From the sequence record KC821616.1: DNA of 32,000 bases, one strand, 5' to 3'. Each line of letters begins with the position of its first letter. Positions within the stretch are counted from its first letter, which is position 1. The notes under the pieces were generated by a model. That model saw only the letters and a program-made list of their open reading frames with translations. It was not told the DNA's origin and ran no database searches. This DNA is from Cellulophaga phage phiSM. The position numbers and the translations under genes were made by a program. Positions 24,532-32,000 of the stretch are shown one piece after another.

Positions 24532-25533
24532 TTATTTATTTTTTTTCTTAGCTGCTTTCTTAGCTGCTTTCTTAGCTGCTTTCTTTTCCTCCTTAGTTAA
24601 TTCCTTGGACTCTTCGTTTTTGCTGCTCTTAGCTGCTTTCTTCTGCTTCTTAGAAGACTCTACTACTTCCTCTTCAACTACATCCGTTTCATTTACAGCT
24701 TTAACGACTGAATCTGTAGCTCTCTCAATAAATGTAATGATATTGTTCACTATTTCAGATTCCTTCATTTTAGCATTAGCTGAAACTGGCATCTTGTGCT
24801 TGTTGATGTGCTTGATTAAGCCTTTAGCAGACATTCCTGATAAATGCTCTTCATACTCCTCAACATCATCAAACTCCTCAACAGCTTGCATCACTAAAGC
24901 TAAATCATATTCAGGTAATTCAGGCTCCCCCGCTTCTTCAGCTTCAGCTTCTTCTTCAGCTTCAACACTTTCAAGAGCGTCAACAATTAACTTAACAATT
25001 TCATCAGTTTCAAGTCCTTTAACTGAAATTTCTGATAAAGCTGGGTCATCATTAATAAACTCCTTAAGCTCTTTCTTAGTCATTTCACTTAAAGACTCAA
25101 CAAGAGTAGGTTCGTTTTCAGTTTCCTCCTCTTCTTCAACTGTACTGCCTTCTTCGATTTTAGCAAGAATTTCGTCGTTAATCTCTTCAACGATTTGCTC
25201 AACAAAATAAACTTTTCCCGCAGATGCGTCTTTCATAACTAACGTGGCAGCTACTAAAGCTTTCCCAAAAATTCTAGGTCTTAGCGTTAAATCGCCGTTT
25301 CCTTCAATAGCTACCACAGCTTCCATGACGTCTTTATTTGTCATAAATGTTGCAGTAGTTGAATCTTCTTTAGCGAAGATAACATGCTTTAGAACTAACT
25401 CTTCTTCAAGGTTTGAAGCGTTTGATTTTTTAGCAATCAGCTTTTTTTCTATTGCAGTTGCGAAAGCGCCCAAGATTTGTTGGTCTTGTAATACTTCAAC
25501 AATTGCATTTTTCAATTCGTCTTTACTCGGCAT
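24532..25533 (-). CDS. Acidic protein with two SAP-like helix-extension segments and a (KKAA)n tail
   Basis: MTKKELKEFINDDPALSEISVKGLETDEIVKLIVD; MSAKGLIKHINKHKMPVSANAKMKESEIVNNIITFIE; tail KKAAKKAAKKAAKKKNK. Confidence 0.5.
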   Translation of the reverse strand: MPSKDELKNAIVEVLQDQQILGAFATAIEKKLIAKKSNASNLEEELVLKHVIFAKEDSTTATFMTNKDVMEAVVAIEGNGDLTLRPRIFGKALVAATLVMKDASAGKVYFVEQIVEEINDEILAKIEEGSTVEEEEETENEPTLVESLSEMTKKELKEFINDDPALSEISVKGLETDEIVKLIVDALESVEAEEEAEAEEAGEPELPEYDLALVMQAVEEFDDVEEYEEHLSGMSAKGLIKHINKHKMPVSANAKMKESEIVNNIITFIERATDSVVKAVNETDVVEEEVVESSKKQKKAAKSSKNEESKELTKEEKKAAKKAAKKAAKKKNK

Positions 25534-25585
25534 TTTATATAATTTAAAAATTTTGCTTACTTGTTTAAGGCGTCAGCTTTCCTTT

Positions 25586-25768
25586 TTATTTTAAAGAGTA
25601 AACTATTACAAAAACATTAATACAAAAAGAAAATATAAGCATAACAGCAACGAAAGCGAAATACCTATTTTGTCTATTAACTTCTCTTTTTAAACCCATT
25701 AAACTAACGTGGTTTCCATAAGAATCTTCTTCTAATTGAATTATTCTCTGTTTATTACTTTTTACCAT
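25586..25768 (-). CDS. Small membrane protein, 60 aa
   Basis: YFAFVAVMLIFSFCINVFVIVYSL hydrophobic segment. Confidence 0.5.
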   Translation of the reverse strand: MVKSNKQRIIQLEEDSYGNHVSLMGLKREVNRQNRYFAFVAVMLIFSFCINVFVIVYSLK

Positions 25769-25769
25769 T

Positions 25770-26060
25770 TTATTTGTTTTTAAGTGTGTCAGTTAAATTT
25801 ATAGCGAACTTAAAAGCTTCATCAGCCTCTTTAGTTATGTGAATAGTTTTGTTAGTACTAATTAACCAATACCTTAATTTCAACTTAACTTTAAATAAGT
25901 TAGTTCTTGAGCAGAAATGAACAACTACCTCGTTATCTTCTTTGTGTAGCTTAGTAATTTTTCTTCTAAAAAAAGCAATACTTGAATCATCGTTTTTTAC
26001 CATTGATTCAATTAAGCATGCTGAATAAAATTTAATCTTAAAGTATTTAATTAGTTTCAT
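25770..26060 (-). CDS. Hypothetical protein, 96 aa
   Basis: Tightly packed ORF. Confidence 0.5.
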   Translation of the reverse strand: MKLIKYFKIKFYSACLIESMVKNDDSSIAFFRRKITKLHKEDNEVVVHFCSRTNLFKVKLKLRYWLISTNKTIHITKEADEAFKFAINLTDTLKNK

Positions 26061-26308
26061 TTTTCTAGAGTTATTACATTAAACAAACAATCGTTATCCT
26101 TAGCTAACGTTCTTAGCGTGTTTTCAACTACACGACTAAGCCACTGAGAAGTTACGAATATATTTTCATGCGTTGTTAGTGCGATTACAACACTTTCAGG
26201 TAGATTTGAATGCAAAGAGCTGTTTAATTCAAGACTATTTCTTACGCTTGCTCTTAACAACGTCTTGCCGCTTGCTTGGTCTCCTACTAGGTAATATATC
26301 TTTTTCAT
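26057..26308 (-). CDS. Very small P-loop protein, 83 aa
   Basis: MKKIYYLVGDQASGKTLL has a Walker A-like GxxxSGKT. Confidence 0.45.
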   Translation of the reverse strand: MKKIYYLVGDQASGKTLLRASVRNSLELNSSLHSNLPESVVIALTTHENIFVTSQWLSRVVENTLRTLAKDNDCLFNVITLEK

Positions 26309-26603
26309 TTGTTTTGTTTTTACTTAAATACTTCAATTGTTTCTTAGCTAACTTCTTGTTAACCATATTGTTTATCTTTCTACTGCTTAAAATGATTTCA
26401 AGAGCTTTCATTTGTATTTTAACATCAGCAGCTTCAAGGTAAACATCATTAAGCCTTTTCTTTTTATCTAGTTTAGTTGGGCATTTTAGCTGCATGATTG
26501 CTAAAGCTAACTCAACGCATTCCTCAGCTACCTTATCAAAAGTACTATCATCTCCGTTTAACTTAATAAGCTCTTTTATTATTTTAAGGTTCTTGTTTCT
26601 CAT
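26235..26603 (-). CDS. MazG-like NTP pyrophosphohydrolase domain protein
   Basis: KVAEECVELALAIMQL...LEAADVKIQMKAL has the EExxE...ExxD layout. Confidence 0.5.
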   Translation of the reverse strand: MRNKNLKIIKELIKLNGDDSTFDKVAEECVELALAIMQLKCPTKLDKKKRLNDVYLEAADVKIQMKALEIILSSRKINNMVNKKLAKKQLKYLSKNKTNEKDILPSRRPSKRQDVVKSKRKK

Positions 26604-26757
26604 CAGTCACTAATATTACAGATTTAAAGTAACAACCCAATCCAATAAGACCTATACAGTACGAAAATTCATTGCTGGTTGCTTGATGATTTAGCGAATA
26701 AATAGCTGCTAAGATTAAAAGAAACCCAGTTATTAAAAGAAAAATTGATGTTTTCAT
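26584..26757 (-). CDS. Small membrane protein, 57 aa
   Basis: MKTSIFLLITGFLLILAAIYSLNHQATSNEFSYCIGLIGLGCYFKSVILVTDEKQEP*. Read by eye; fills a gap. Confidence 0.5.
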   Translation of the reverse strand: MKTSIFLLITGFLLILAAIYSLNHQATSNEFSYCIGLIGLGCYFKSVILVTDEKQEP

Positions 26758-26760
26758 GAT

Positions 26761-27213
26761 TTAATTGTTTAAAAGTTGATAAATTTCTTGATTTCTAAAC
26801 TCAATAGCATTAGGTATGTCGTCGCCAATTGCGTAAATTAAAACATAATCAATGTCTTCGTTAAATTGAGAATCTTCAAGCAAGTCTAAAGCTGTGTCAG
26901 CGTCGTCAATCGTTTCAAATATTATTTGAGTAGTTTTATTTTTCACAATAACCTCATAAAAATCATTTCCATCAGAGCATTCAACCATGTCTAGAAAATC
27001 ATTTAAACTACCATCTTCAGTTTCTTCGATATAAGTATCGTAGTCACAAACTTCTTTTAAATGCTCAATAATCTGAACAGCAGTCATTTCATACAATTTA
27101 GCTGAGTCAGCGAATTCTCCTGCTGGTTGAATAGAAAGAATTAGATTTTCATTCGTATTATCAATTAACTCTGATAATGTAATTTTTGATAAAGGTGTTG
27201 GTAAGTTTGACAT
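26761..27213 (-). CDS. Hypothetical acidic protein
   Basis: 150-aa ORF 31 nt downstream of a promoter cassette. Confidence 0.6.
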   Translation of the reverse strand: MSNLPTPLSKITLSELIDNTNENLILSIQPAGEFADSAKLYEMTAVQIIEHLKEVCDYDTYIEETEDGSLNDFLDMVECSDGNDFYEVIVKNKTTQIIFETIDDADTALDLLEDSQFNEDIDYVLIYAIGDDIPNAIEFRNQEIYQLLNN

Positions 27214-27244
27214 AATATTGTTTTTTTAATTGTTATCTACTCAG

Positions 27245-27290
27245 CAAATATATAAACCTTTACTGGTTAAAAAAAACTTTTAAGCAATTA
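27245..27290 (-). promoter_or_regulatory. Variant cassette with TATATTTG but a divergent -33 region
   Basis: CAAATATA at 27245-27252. Nearly identical to the 29960 copy (aaacctttactggttaaaaaaaacttttaagcaattattttta). Confidence 0.6.
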
Positions 27291-27299
27291 TTTTTAAAA

Positions 27300-27617
27300 T
27301 TATTTTATTAACCTATGTCCATAAGTCTCTTGTCTAATTCTAATATTGATTCTATGCGTTTCAGCCATTGGCAACTCTATTCTACTATAAACTCCGAATC
27401 TATTAAAGCTAAGTGTGCAAGATTTGTACGTGGTAATCACTTTTTCCCAAGGACATTGTGTATTTACATCTCTTTTTCTCTTAACCTCAATTACTTTAAT
27501 TGTAGGTCTTAAAGCGTCTAAAGTTCTTTTTTCAGCTTCAGTCATTGGTGACTTCTGATTATTTAAAGATTCAAATAAAGCTTTCTTTTGTCCGATTGTT
27601 AAAGATGAAATTTGCAT
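27300..27617 (-). CDS. Hypothetical protein, 105 aa
   Basis: ORF 31 nt downstream of a promoter cassette. Confidence 0.6.
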   Translation of the reverse strand: MQISSLTIGQKKALFESLNNQKSPMTEAEKRTLDALRPTIKVIEVKRKRDVNTQCPWEKVITTYKSCTLSFNRFGVYSRIELPMAETHRINIRIRQETYGHRLIK

Positions 27618-27648
27618 GTTTTTATATATTTAATTGTTATCTACTCAG

Positions 27649-27679
27649 CAAATATACAAGAACATATTGGTTATGCAAA
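27649..27679 (-). promoter_or_regulatory. Bacteroidetes-type promoter, TTTG-N19-TATATTTG
   Basis: CAAATATA at 27649-27656, CAAA at 27676-27679, dyad at 27675-27688. Confidence 0.8.
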
Positions 27680-27723
27680 ACTTTTTGCAATTATTTTTTA
27701 TTTCTTTTTTGATCTGCCCTTGA

Positions 27724-28389
27724 TTAAATAGTTTTAAACTTAACTTTGTAGTCTTCATCAATATAAACTTTATCTCCTTTAATAGTTTTCATACTTTTAA
27801 TGTAGTAAAGCTTCTCACTTTTAACTAAGCTAAATAAAACTCCAGAAGATTCTAATTGGAATTCTACTTCCGATACACTATCATCAACCTCAAGGTAGTT
27901 TCTTATTTCGTGAGCTCTTAATCTATAACACTTCTTACCTTTAACACCAGCCTCAATAAGTTTAGAGAATTTATTTTGGTTGTCATTAATTTCCTCATCT
28001 CCAATGCTTTCAATTCTAAAGTGCCTAATGTTGCTTTTCATGCGCTTATCAGTGCGTTCATGCTTACTTAGTGCTTTACCTAATCTAATCTTAGAAAGCT
28101 TGAGATTACTAGCGTCTAGTCCTCCTGAAAGCTTTAAAGTCTCTTCAAGCTCATGCATAACCTGAACAGTTGACATATCTCGCCAGCTACGACTTTCAGT
28201 AGTTGCAAGTGTTACAAAATCAATAACCAGCTTCTCTTCAAAGCTTTCAGGAACAGATGAATTTTCGTCAAGCTTAGGGTTAAGCTTTATTCTTTCCTCT
28301 AGATCCTTTAGTGCTTTTGAGCTAAACAAAGTATCAGAAACCCACTCCTTTAAAAGTGCGCTATTTATTAAATTTTTAATTTCTGTCAT
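27724..28389 (-). CDS. Standalone paralogue of the VapE-like C-terminal domain (DUF3874-like)
   Basis: SFEEKLVIDFVTL...MSTVQVMHEL...RLGKALSKHERTDKRMKSNIRHFRI parallels the VapE-like C-terminus. Confidence 0.55.
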   Translation of the reverse strand: MTEIKNLINSALLKEWVSDTLFSSKALKDLEERIKLNPKLDENSSVPESFEEKLVIDFVTLATTESRSWRDMSTVQVMHELEETLKLSGGLDASNLKLSKIRLGKALSKHERTDKRMKSNIRHFRIESIGDEEINDNQNKFSKLIEAGVKGKKCYRLRAHEIRNYLEVDDSVSEVEFQLESSGVLFSLVKSEKLYYIKSMKTIKGDKVYIDEDYKVKFKTI

Positions 28390-28705
28390 CCTGGTACTGC
28401 TTTAAGGTTTTAGTAATAAATTCTAATTGATCTTCGCTAATTGTTGAAAAGTTATAGTCTCTTAAATATCTAAGGTTTTGTTGAACTTTAAACCTAGAAA
28501 TCAACGCAGGCGTCTCTAATTCATAAGTGCTCCACAAGCTTGAAGAAATCAATCTAGCCATTCCATCATTTGTATTTATGCTGAATCTAGCTCCTTTTTT
28601 GCATACTGCTAAAGTTTTAGTAGTTCTTTCAACTATGTGAATACAATTAATTTGTCCGTGTGATGTATTGTAGATTTTATCACCCACTTCAAGTTTCCTT
28701 CTCAT
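28376..28705 (-). CDS. Hypothetical protein, 109 aa
   Basis: Tightly packed ORF. Confidence 0.5.
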   Translation of the reverse strand: MRRKLEVGDKIYNTSHGQINCIHIVERTTKTLAVCKKGARFSINTNDGMARLISSSLWSTYELETPALISRFKVQQNLRYLRDYNFSTISEDQLEFITKTLKQYQDDRN

Positions 28706-28824
28706 TACAATAAGTATAAAACTAAAGCAACCACGAAAGAAGCTGCTGTAGAAATTAATACTAGTCTATAAAGTTTACATGCAGCTCTATGAGATAATTC
28801 TGCGTTTAATAATAATTTTTTCAT
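28705..28824 (-). CDS. Small membrane protein, 39 aa
   Basis: MKKLLLNAELSHRAACKLYRLVLISTAASFVVALVLYLL*. Overlaps the next start (TAATG). Confidence 0.4.
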   Translation of the reverse strand: MKKLLLNAELSHRAACKLYRLVLISTAASFVVALVLYLL

Positions 28825-28835
28825 GGTATTAAATT

Positions 28836-29150
28836 TTAAAGGTTGTGGCTTGATAAGTTTTTGCATAGAACTCTATAGTGTTCTATAGTGAATTTTTGAA
28901 GTCTATCAACCGTGACTAAAGCATTAGCTTCAGCTATACTTATTTCTTTAAAGTACTCACACTTTTTGATTTCTTTTTGTTCTAAAAGATAGCTGATAAG
29001 TGACTTATGTTTTTCAGGAAGACAATCTATTCTGTCTTTATAGATTTTCAAAGACCTACCAGTCAAGGAGCTTATTATGTTAAAATACGCTCCTTGTTGT
29101 TTGTTGTACTGGTAAATATTTATTCTTACTTTGATTTTTCGCTTTGACAT
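28836..29150 (-). CDS. Hypothetical protein, 104 aa
   Basis: ORF downstream of a promoter cassette. Confidence 0.55.
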   Translation of the reverse strand: MSKRKIKVRINIYQYNKQQGAYFNIISSLTGRSLKIYKDRIDCLPEKHKSLISYLLEQKEIKKCEYFKEISIAEANALVTVDRLQKFTIEHYRVLCKNLSSHNL

Positions 29151-29191
29151 ATCTTTCCTTTATTTTATTTGATTTAGTTAGCTCTACTCAA

Positions 29192-29222
29192 CAAATATAC
29201 AAGAACATATTGGTTATGCAAA
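29192..29222 (-). promoter_or_regulatory. Bacteroidetes-type promoter, TTTG-N19-TATATTTG
   Basis: CAAATATA at 29192-29199, CAAA at 29219-29222, dyad at 29218-29231. Confidence 0.8.
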
Positions 29223-29240
29223 ACTTTTTGCAATTATTTT

Positions 29241-29771
29241 TTAAAAGTTTTTTGAATCAACTATAAATGTAACACAAGGAAGCTCGCTATCCAGTTGTCT
29301 ATGCTTGACAAATGTTATTTTGATACGTCCGTAATTACTATTTCTAAGAGTGAATAATACTTTGTTTTCAGACTGTTCAACAAGCCTCATATTTAATCGC
29401 TCCAATGTAAGGTTGTAGTCTCTAATAAGTTTGTTGATAAGAAAATTTGATTGATTATCAAACAACCTATGAGCATTATTTAAGTTAATACGCTTGATTG
29501 TTTCAACTCTTTTCGCTGACGCCTCCATTAGCTTTAGCGTTTCAACTCTTCTATCAAATAAGGTTTTAGCTTCTTTATAACCTTGATTACTTTCACTCAT
29601 ATTCAAGTGCAAGAAGTAATCAATAGCTTTTTTAAAACGCTTTCTCCTGTCTAAATTGTCAGCTTCAGCCCATAGCGTGTAGTCTTTTAAATACTCCTCT
29701 CTAATATCAACAAAAGCTATTTCAAATATACGCCATAACTTTTGTCTTAATTTGATTTCTTGCGTGTTCAT
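29241..29771 (-). CDS. Hypothetical helical protein, 176 aa
   Basis: ORF size and context. Confidence 0.55.
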   Translation of the reverse strand: MNTQEIKLRQKLWRIFEIAFVDIREEYLKDYTLWAEADNLDRRKRFKKAIDYFLHLNMSESNQGYKEAKTLFDRRVETLKLMEASAKRVETIKRINLNNAHRLFDNQSNFLINKLIRDYNLTLERLNMRLVEQSENKVLFTLRNSNYGRIKITFVKHRQLDSELPCVTFIVDSKNF

Positions 29772-29774
29772 GTC

Positions 29775-29930
29775 TTATTTGTTTTTATTTAATGTATTCA
29801 CTTTTACAACTTTGAAACATTTAGCAGCCCCGCCTAACGAATCATATAAATCTAAAGCTCCTTGAATATCTAATACTAAAGCTTTACCACTGAAGTTTAA
29901 ATCCTTATCTAAGTTTATTACTGAATACAT
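29775..29930 (-). CDS. Small ORF, 51 aa
   Basis: MYSVINLDKDLNFSGKALVLDIQGALDLYDSLGGAAKCFKVVKVNTLNKNK*. It starts 30 nt after a promoter cassette. Confidence 0.5.
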   Translation of the reverse strand: MYSVINLDKDLNFSGKALVLDIQGALDLYDSLGGAAKCFKVVKVNTLNKNK

Positions 29931-29959
29931 ATTGTTTTTTTTAATTGTTATCTACTCAG

Positions 29960-30005
29960 CAAATATATAAACCTTTACTGGTTAAAAAAAACTTTTAAGC
30001 AATTA
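29960..30005 (-). promoter_or_regulatory. Variant cassette, second copy of the 27245 type
   Basis: CAAATATA at 29960-29967 followed by the same about 45-nt sequence as at 27253. Confidence 0.6.
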
Positions 30006-30019
30006 TTTTTAAAATTATT

Positions 30020-30487
30020 TTATACGTTATGTAATATTTCTATTTTTTCTAGCTCTTGCTTATCAATTCCTGAAGCTAAAAGAAACTTCCTAACTCTGAC
30101 CATATTCACTATGCAGATATCCTCAAAACGAGTGCCAGCTGCTTTGCTTGTGTTAATGACTAATAAATTATACTGACTTAGTATTTCGTCTTTTAACGAT
30201 ACTTTCTGAGTTATCTGATTGCTAGAATCTTTTTCAATAACTACAGTTTTAACAACATCAACAACGTCACAATATGTACAATAATTGTCAAGGTCTTGCT
30301 TACTTAGTTTTACTTTAATTGATTTCATTCCTCTACTAACTTCGTTGAATAAATGCTCAAAACATTCTGTTCTAGAATCTATTTCTACAGTAAAAGAGTC
30401 TTCTGTTTCCTCTATAGTTTCACTAGCGAAAGCTATATTGTTAGCTCTTAAGTAATATCTGAAATTGTGTTTTTTAGCGTAATTCAT
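30020..30487 (-). CDS. Hypothetical protein, 155 aa
   Basis: ORF size and context. Confidence 0.55.
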   Translation of the reverse strand: MNYAKKHNFRYYLRANNIAFASETIEETEDSFTVEIDSRTECFEHLFNEVSRGMKSIKVKLSKQDLDNYCTYCDVVDVVKTVVIEKDSSNQITQKVSLKDEILSQYNLLVINTSKAAGTRFEDICIVNMVRVRKFLLASGIDKQELEKIEILHNV

Positions 30488-30491
30488 AGCT

Positions 30492-31082
30492 TTATAAATT
30501 GTTTGTTTGTATGTATGATTCCATTAGTTCCTCCATTAACTCTTCGTTAAGGGTTTCTTCAAGTGTGCAATTGTTATCTCTTAGCATTGCTAATACTTGA
30601 GGCTTGTTAAGACCCAACGTTGCAGCTTGCTCCATTAACTCCGGCGTTAACATTCCTATATACTTTAAAATGCTGACAGAAGCTCTTATCTCCTTTGTTA
30701 CAGGAAACATAATCTTTTCTTCTAACTGCTCACCACGTCTTTGGTACGGAGTTCTTTGCGCACTAGCTTTTTTAGCAGCAGCTTTCTCAGCTATGTATAA
30801 TTTTAATGACTTTAGGTGCATTGAGTTAGAAATCGTAACAAGCTCTTCAGTTTTAGTGATTTTATAGACTTGCATGTGTTTCCGTTGTTCATCCCAATAT
30901 TGCGTGATTGTATTGTCGTCGGACTCTTTAGTGCAAAAGAAATCAATTTCCTGTTCAACTTGCTCTAGAGTTGTTATTGATGTATTCATTTCTCCTTGTG
31001 ACTTTCTACATGTAATATCAGAAAATGAACCTGATGCATGCTTGATGATGTAATGAAAGTCTTTTGTTTTGATATTTGACAT
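30492..31082 (-). CDS. Hypothetical protein, 196 aa
   Basis: ORF size and context. Confidence 0.55.
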   Translation of the reverse strand: MSNIKTKDFHYIIKHASGSFSDITCRKSQGEMNTSITTLEQVEQEIDFFCTKESDDNTITQYWDEQRKHMQVYKITKTEELVTISNSMHLKSLKLYIAEKAAAKKASAQRTPYQRRGEQLEEKIMFPVTKEIRASVSILKYIGMLTPELMEQAATLGLNKPQVLAMLRDNNCTLEETLNEELMEELMESYIQTNNL

Positions 31083-31086
31083 AGTT

Positions 31087-31368
31087 CTAGTCTTTATATA
31101 TTAATGATAAGTTTAACGCATTTCCTTTTCGCTTTACTTTAAGCGTTCCAATCCTGTTTGAATTATAACTAAGGATGAATTTTGAATCATCTTCTCCTTT
31201 ACAAGGAACTTCAAGCAAATCTACTAACATGTGGTCGTAACCTCTATAACCTCCATGCTCTATTACTTGCTTTAAAAACGTATCTCTTAAACGCTCATAA
31301 GTTAACTGTCTTTGTTCCTTGTTGTATGAAAAGATGTCTTCGTGCTTGATTTGTATTAATGTTGACAT
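31087..31368 (-). CDS. Hypothetical protein, 93 aa
   Basis: ORF size and context. Confidence 0.5.
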   Translation of the reverse strand: MSTLIQIKHEDIFSYNKEQRQLTYERLRDTFLKQVIEHGGYRGYDHMLVDLLEVPCKGEDDSKFILSYNSNRIGTLKVKRKGNALNLSLIYKD

Positions 31369-31372
31369 AGTT

Positions 31373-31921
31373 GTATGTATTGTATGTAATTATTTATAAT
31401 GCGAATTTAAAACATAGAAACGATATACGCAAATATATTTGTAATATATGCATGTATATACGTAAAAAATGTAGATAGAACACCTGCAATCTAGTATAAA
31501 TGGCTGTAAATAAAATGATTTAATACAGTAAATTACATACAACGCATACAATTTAGTGGAGGACATGGCTATTTTCTAATATAACCCCACTGAATATATG
31601 GGTAATAAACTAGGTATCTAAGACAGTTTAGTGGAGTAGTGGAGTAAATACAATAAAGACTAGAAGTTATAATAGCTTATACTATTACTATATTGTAGTA
31701 TAACTTAATTATATAAAAACGTATTTTCACTCCTACTCCACTTCTATCTCTATACATGTATAATTACATACAACGCATACAATATACAACGCACAACACT
31801 AGAGGCAAGCGTTAATAATTGTATACTTAATTACATACAACTATTATATAATTGTATACTTACTTATATACATACAACACACACAACTACACACACTACA
31901 GTGGTATGTATTGTATGTAAT
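31373..31921. repeat. Non-coding repeat-rich region with direct and inverted repeats
   Basis: 22-nt direct repeat AATTACATACAACGCATACAAT (31531-31552, 31762-31783). 18-nt direct repeat GTATGTATTGTATGTAAT (31373-31390, 31904-31921). 10-bp inverted repeat AGTGGAGTAG/CTACTCCACT. Confidence 0.8.
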
Positions 31922-32000
31922 ACCTTTTAGTTACTTCGACGGCTTTCCTAGACTCATGCAATATGTTACGTCCTGCAGAAGTCGGAGGCTTTACACACAT

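Noticed and set aside
24605-25594. Plus-strand ORFs at 24605-25210 and 25244-25594
   Set aside because: Ser/Leu-rich mirror of the acidic/lysine-rich minus-strand protein at 24532-25533; typical antisense artefact.
20598-30010. Repeated 60-70 nt intergenic copies as CRISPR repeats or attachment sites
   Set aside because: They are widely dispersed, each lies a fixed distance upstream of an ORF and contains a promoter consensus. There are no spacers or cas genes.
31369-32000. tRNA or other structured RNA gene
   Set aside because: No cloverleaf or conserved T-loop (GTTCRA) pattern could be found by eye; the content is low-complexity ATAC/TACA repeats.

Overview
This window looks like part of an AT-rich tailed-phage genome with a Bacteroidetes (probably flavobacterial) host. 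The host is inferred from repeated TTTG-N19/20-TATATTTG promoters. The left part (about 1-7.3 kb, + strand) is a Mu/P2-like contractile-tail module: baseplate J-like, gp48/DUF2313-like, two fibre-like proteins with paralogous N-termini, DNA-circularisation-like, hub and spike. The rest (about 7.3-31.4 kb, - strand) holds replication, recombination and accessory genes: VRR-NUC-like nuclease, SF2 helicase, YqaJ-like exonuclease, a Rad52/ERF-like annealase, a BT4734/PriCT-type primase, a phage DnaN clamp, a VapE-like ATPase and a TOPRIM-like protein. Embedded there is a 7-deazaguanine DNA-modification locus: folE, queF-like, a YkgJ-type cysteine-cluster protein, a DpdA-like transglycosylase, a ParB-like protein, queC, queD and queE. 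Main second-look items: (1) A_AAA_AAG directly before the YqaJ stop codon, followed by a 56-codon -1 extension that has no ATG/GTG/TTG start; (2) C-terminal QVNLF/SVNLF motifs on two modification-locus proteins next to a phage-encoded beta clamp; (3) SSB-like acidic DDLPF/DDVPF tails on two replication proteins; (4) a dispersed promoter/leader cassette with a GCAAAAAGTTTTGC dyad on the -33 box; (5) an 18-nt repeat read in two frames as two different lysine-rich tails; (6) an A-B-A'-B' inverted-repeat (pseudoknot-capable) leader upstream of the TOPRIM gene; (7) a repeat-rich non-coding region at the right end. All family calls are from motif recognition by eye; no database search was run.
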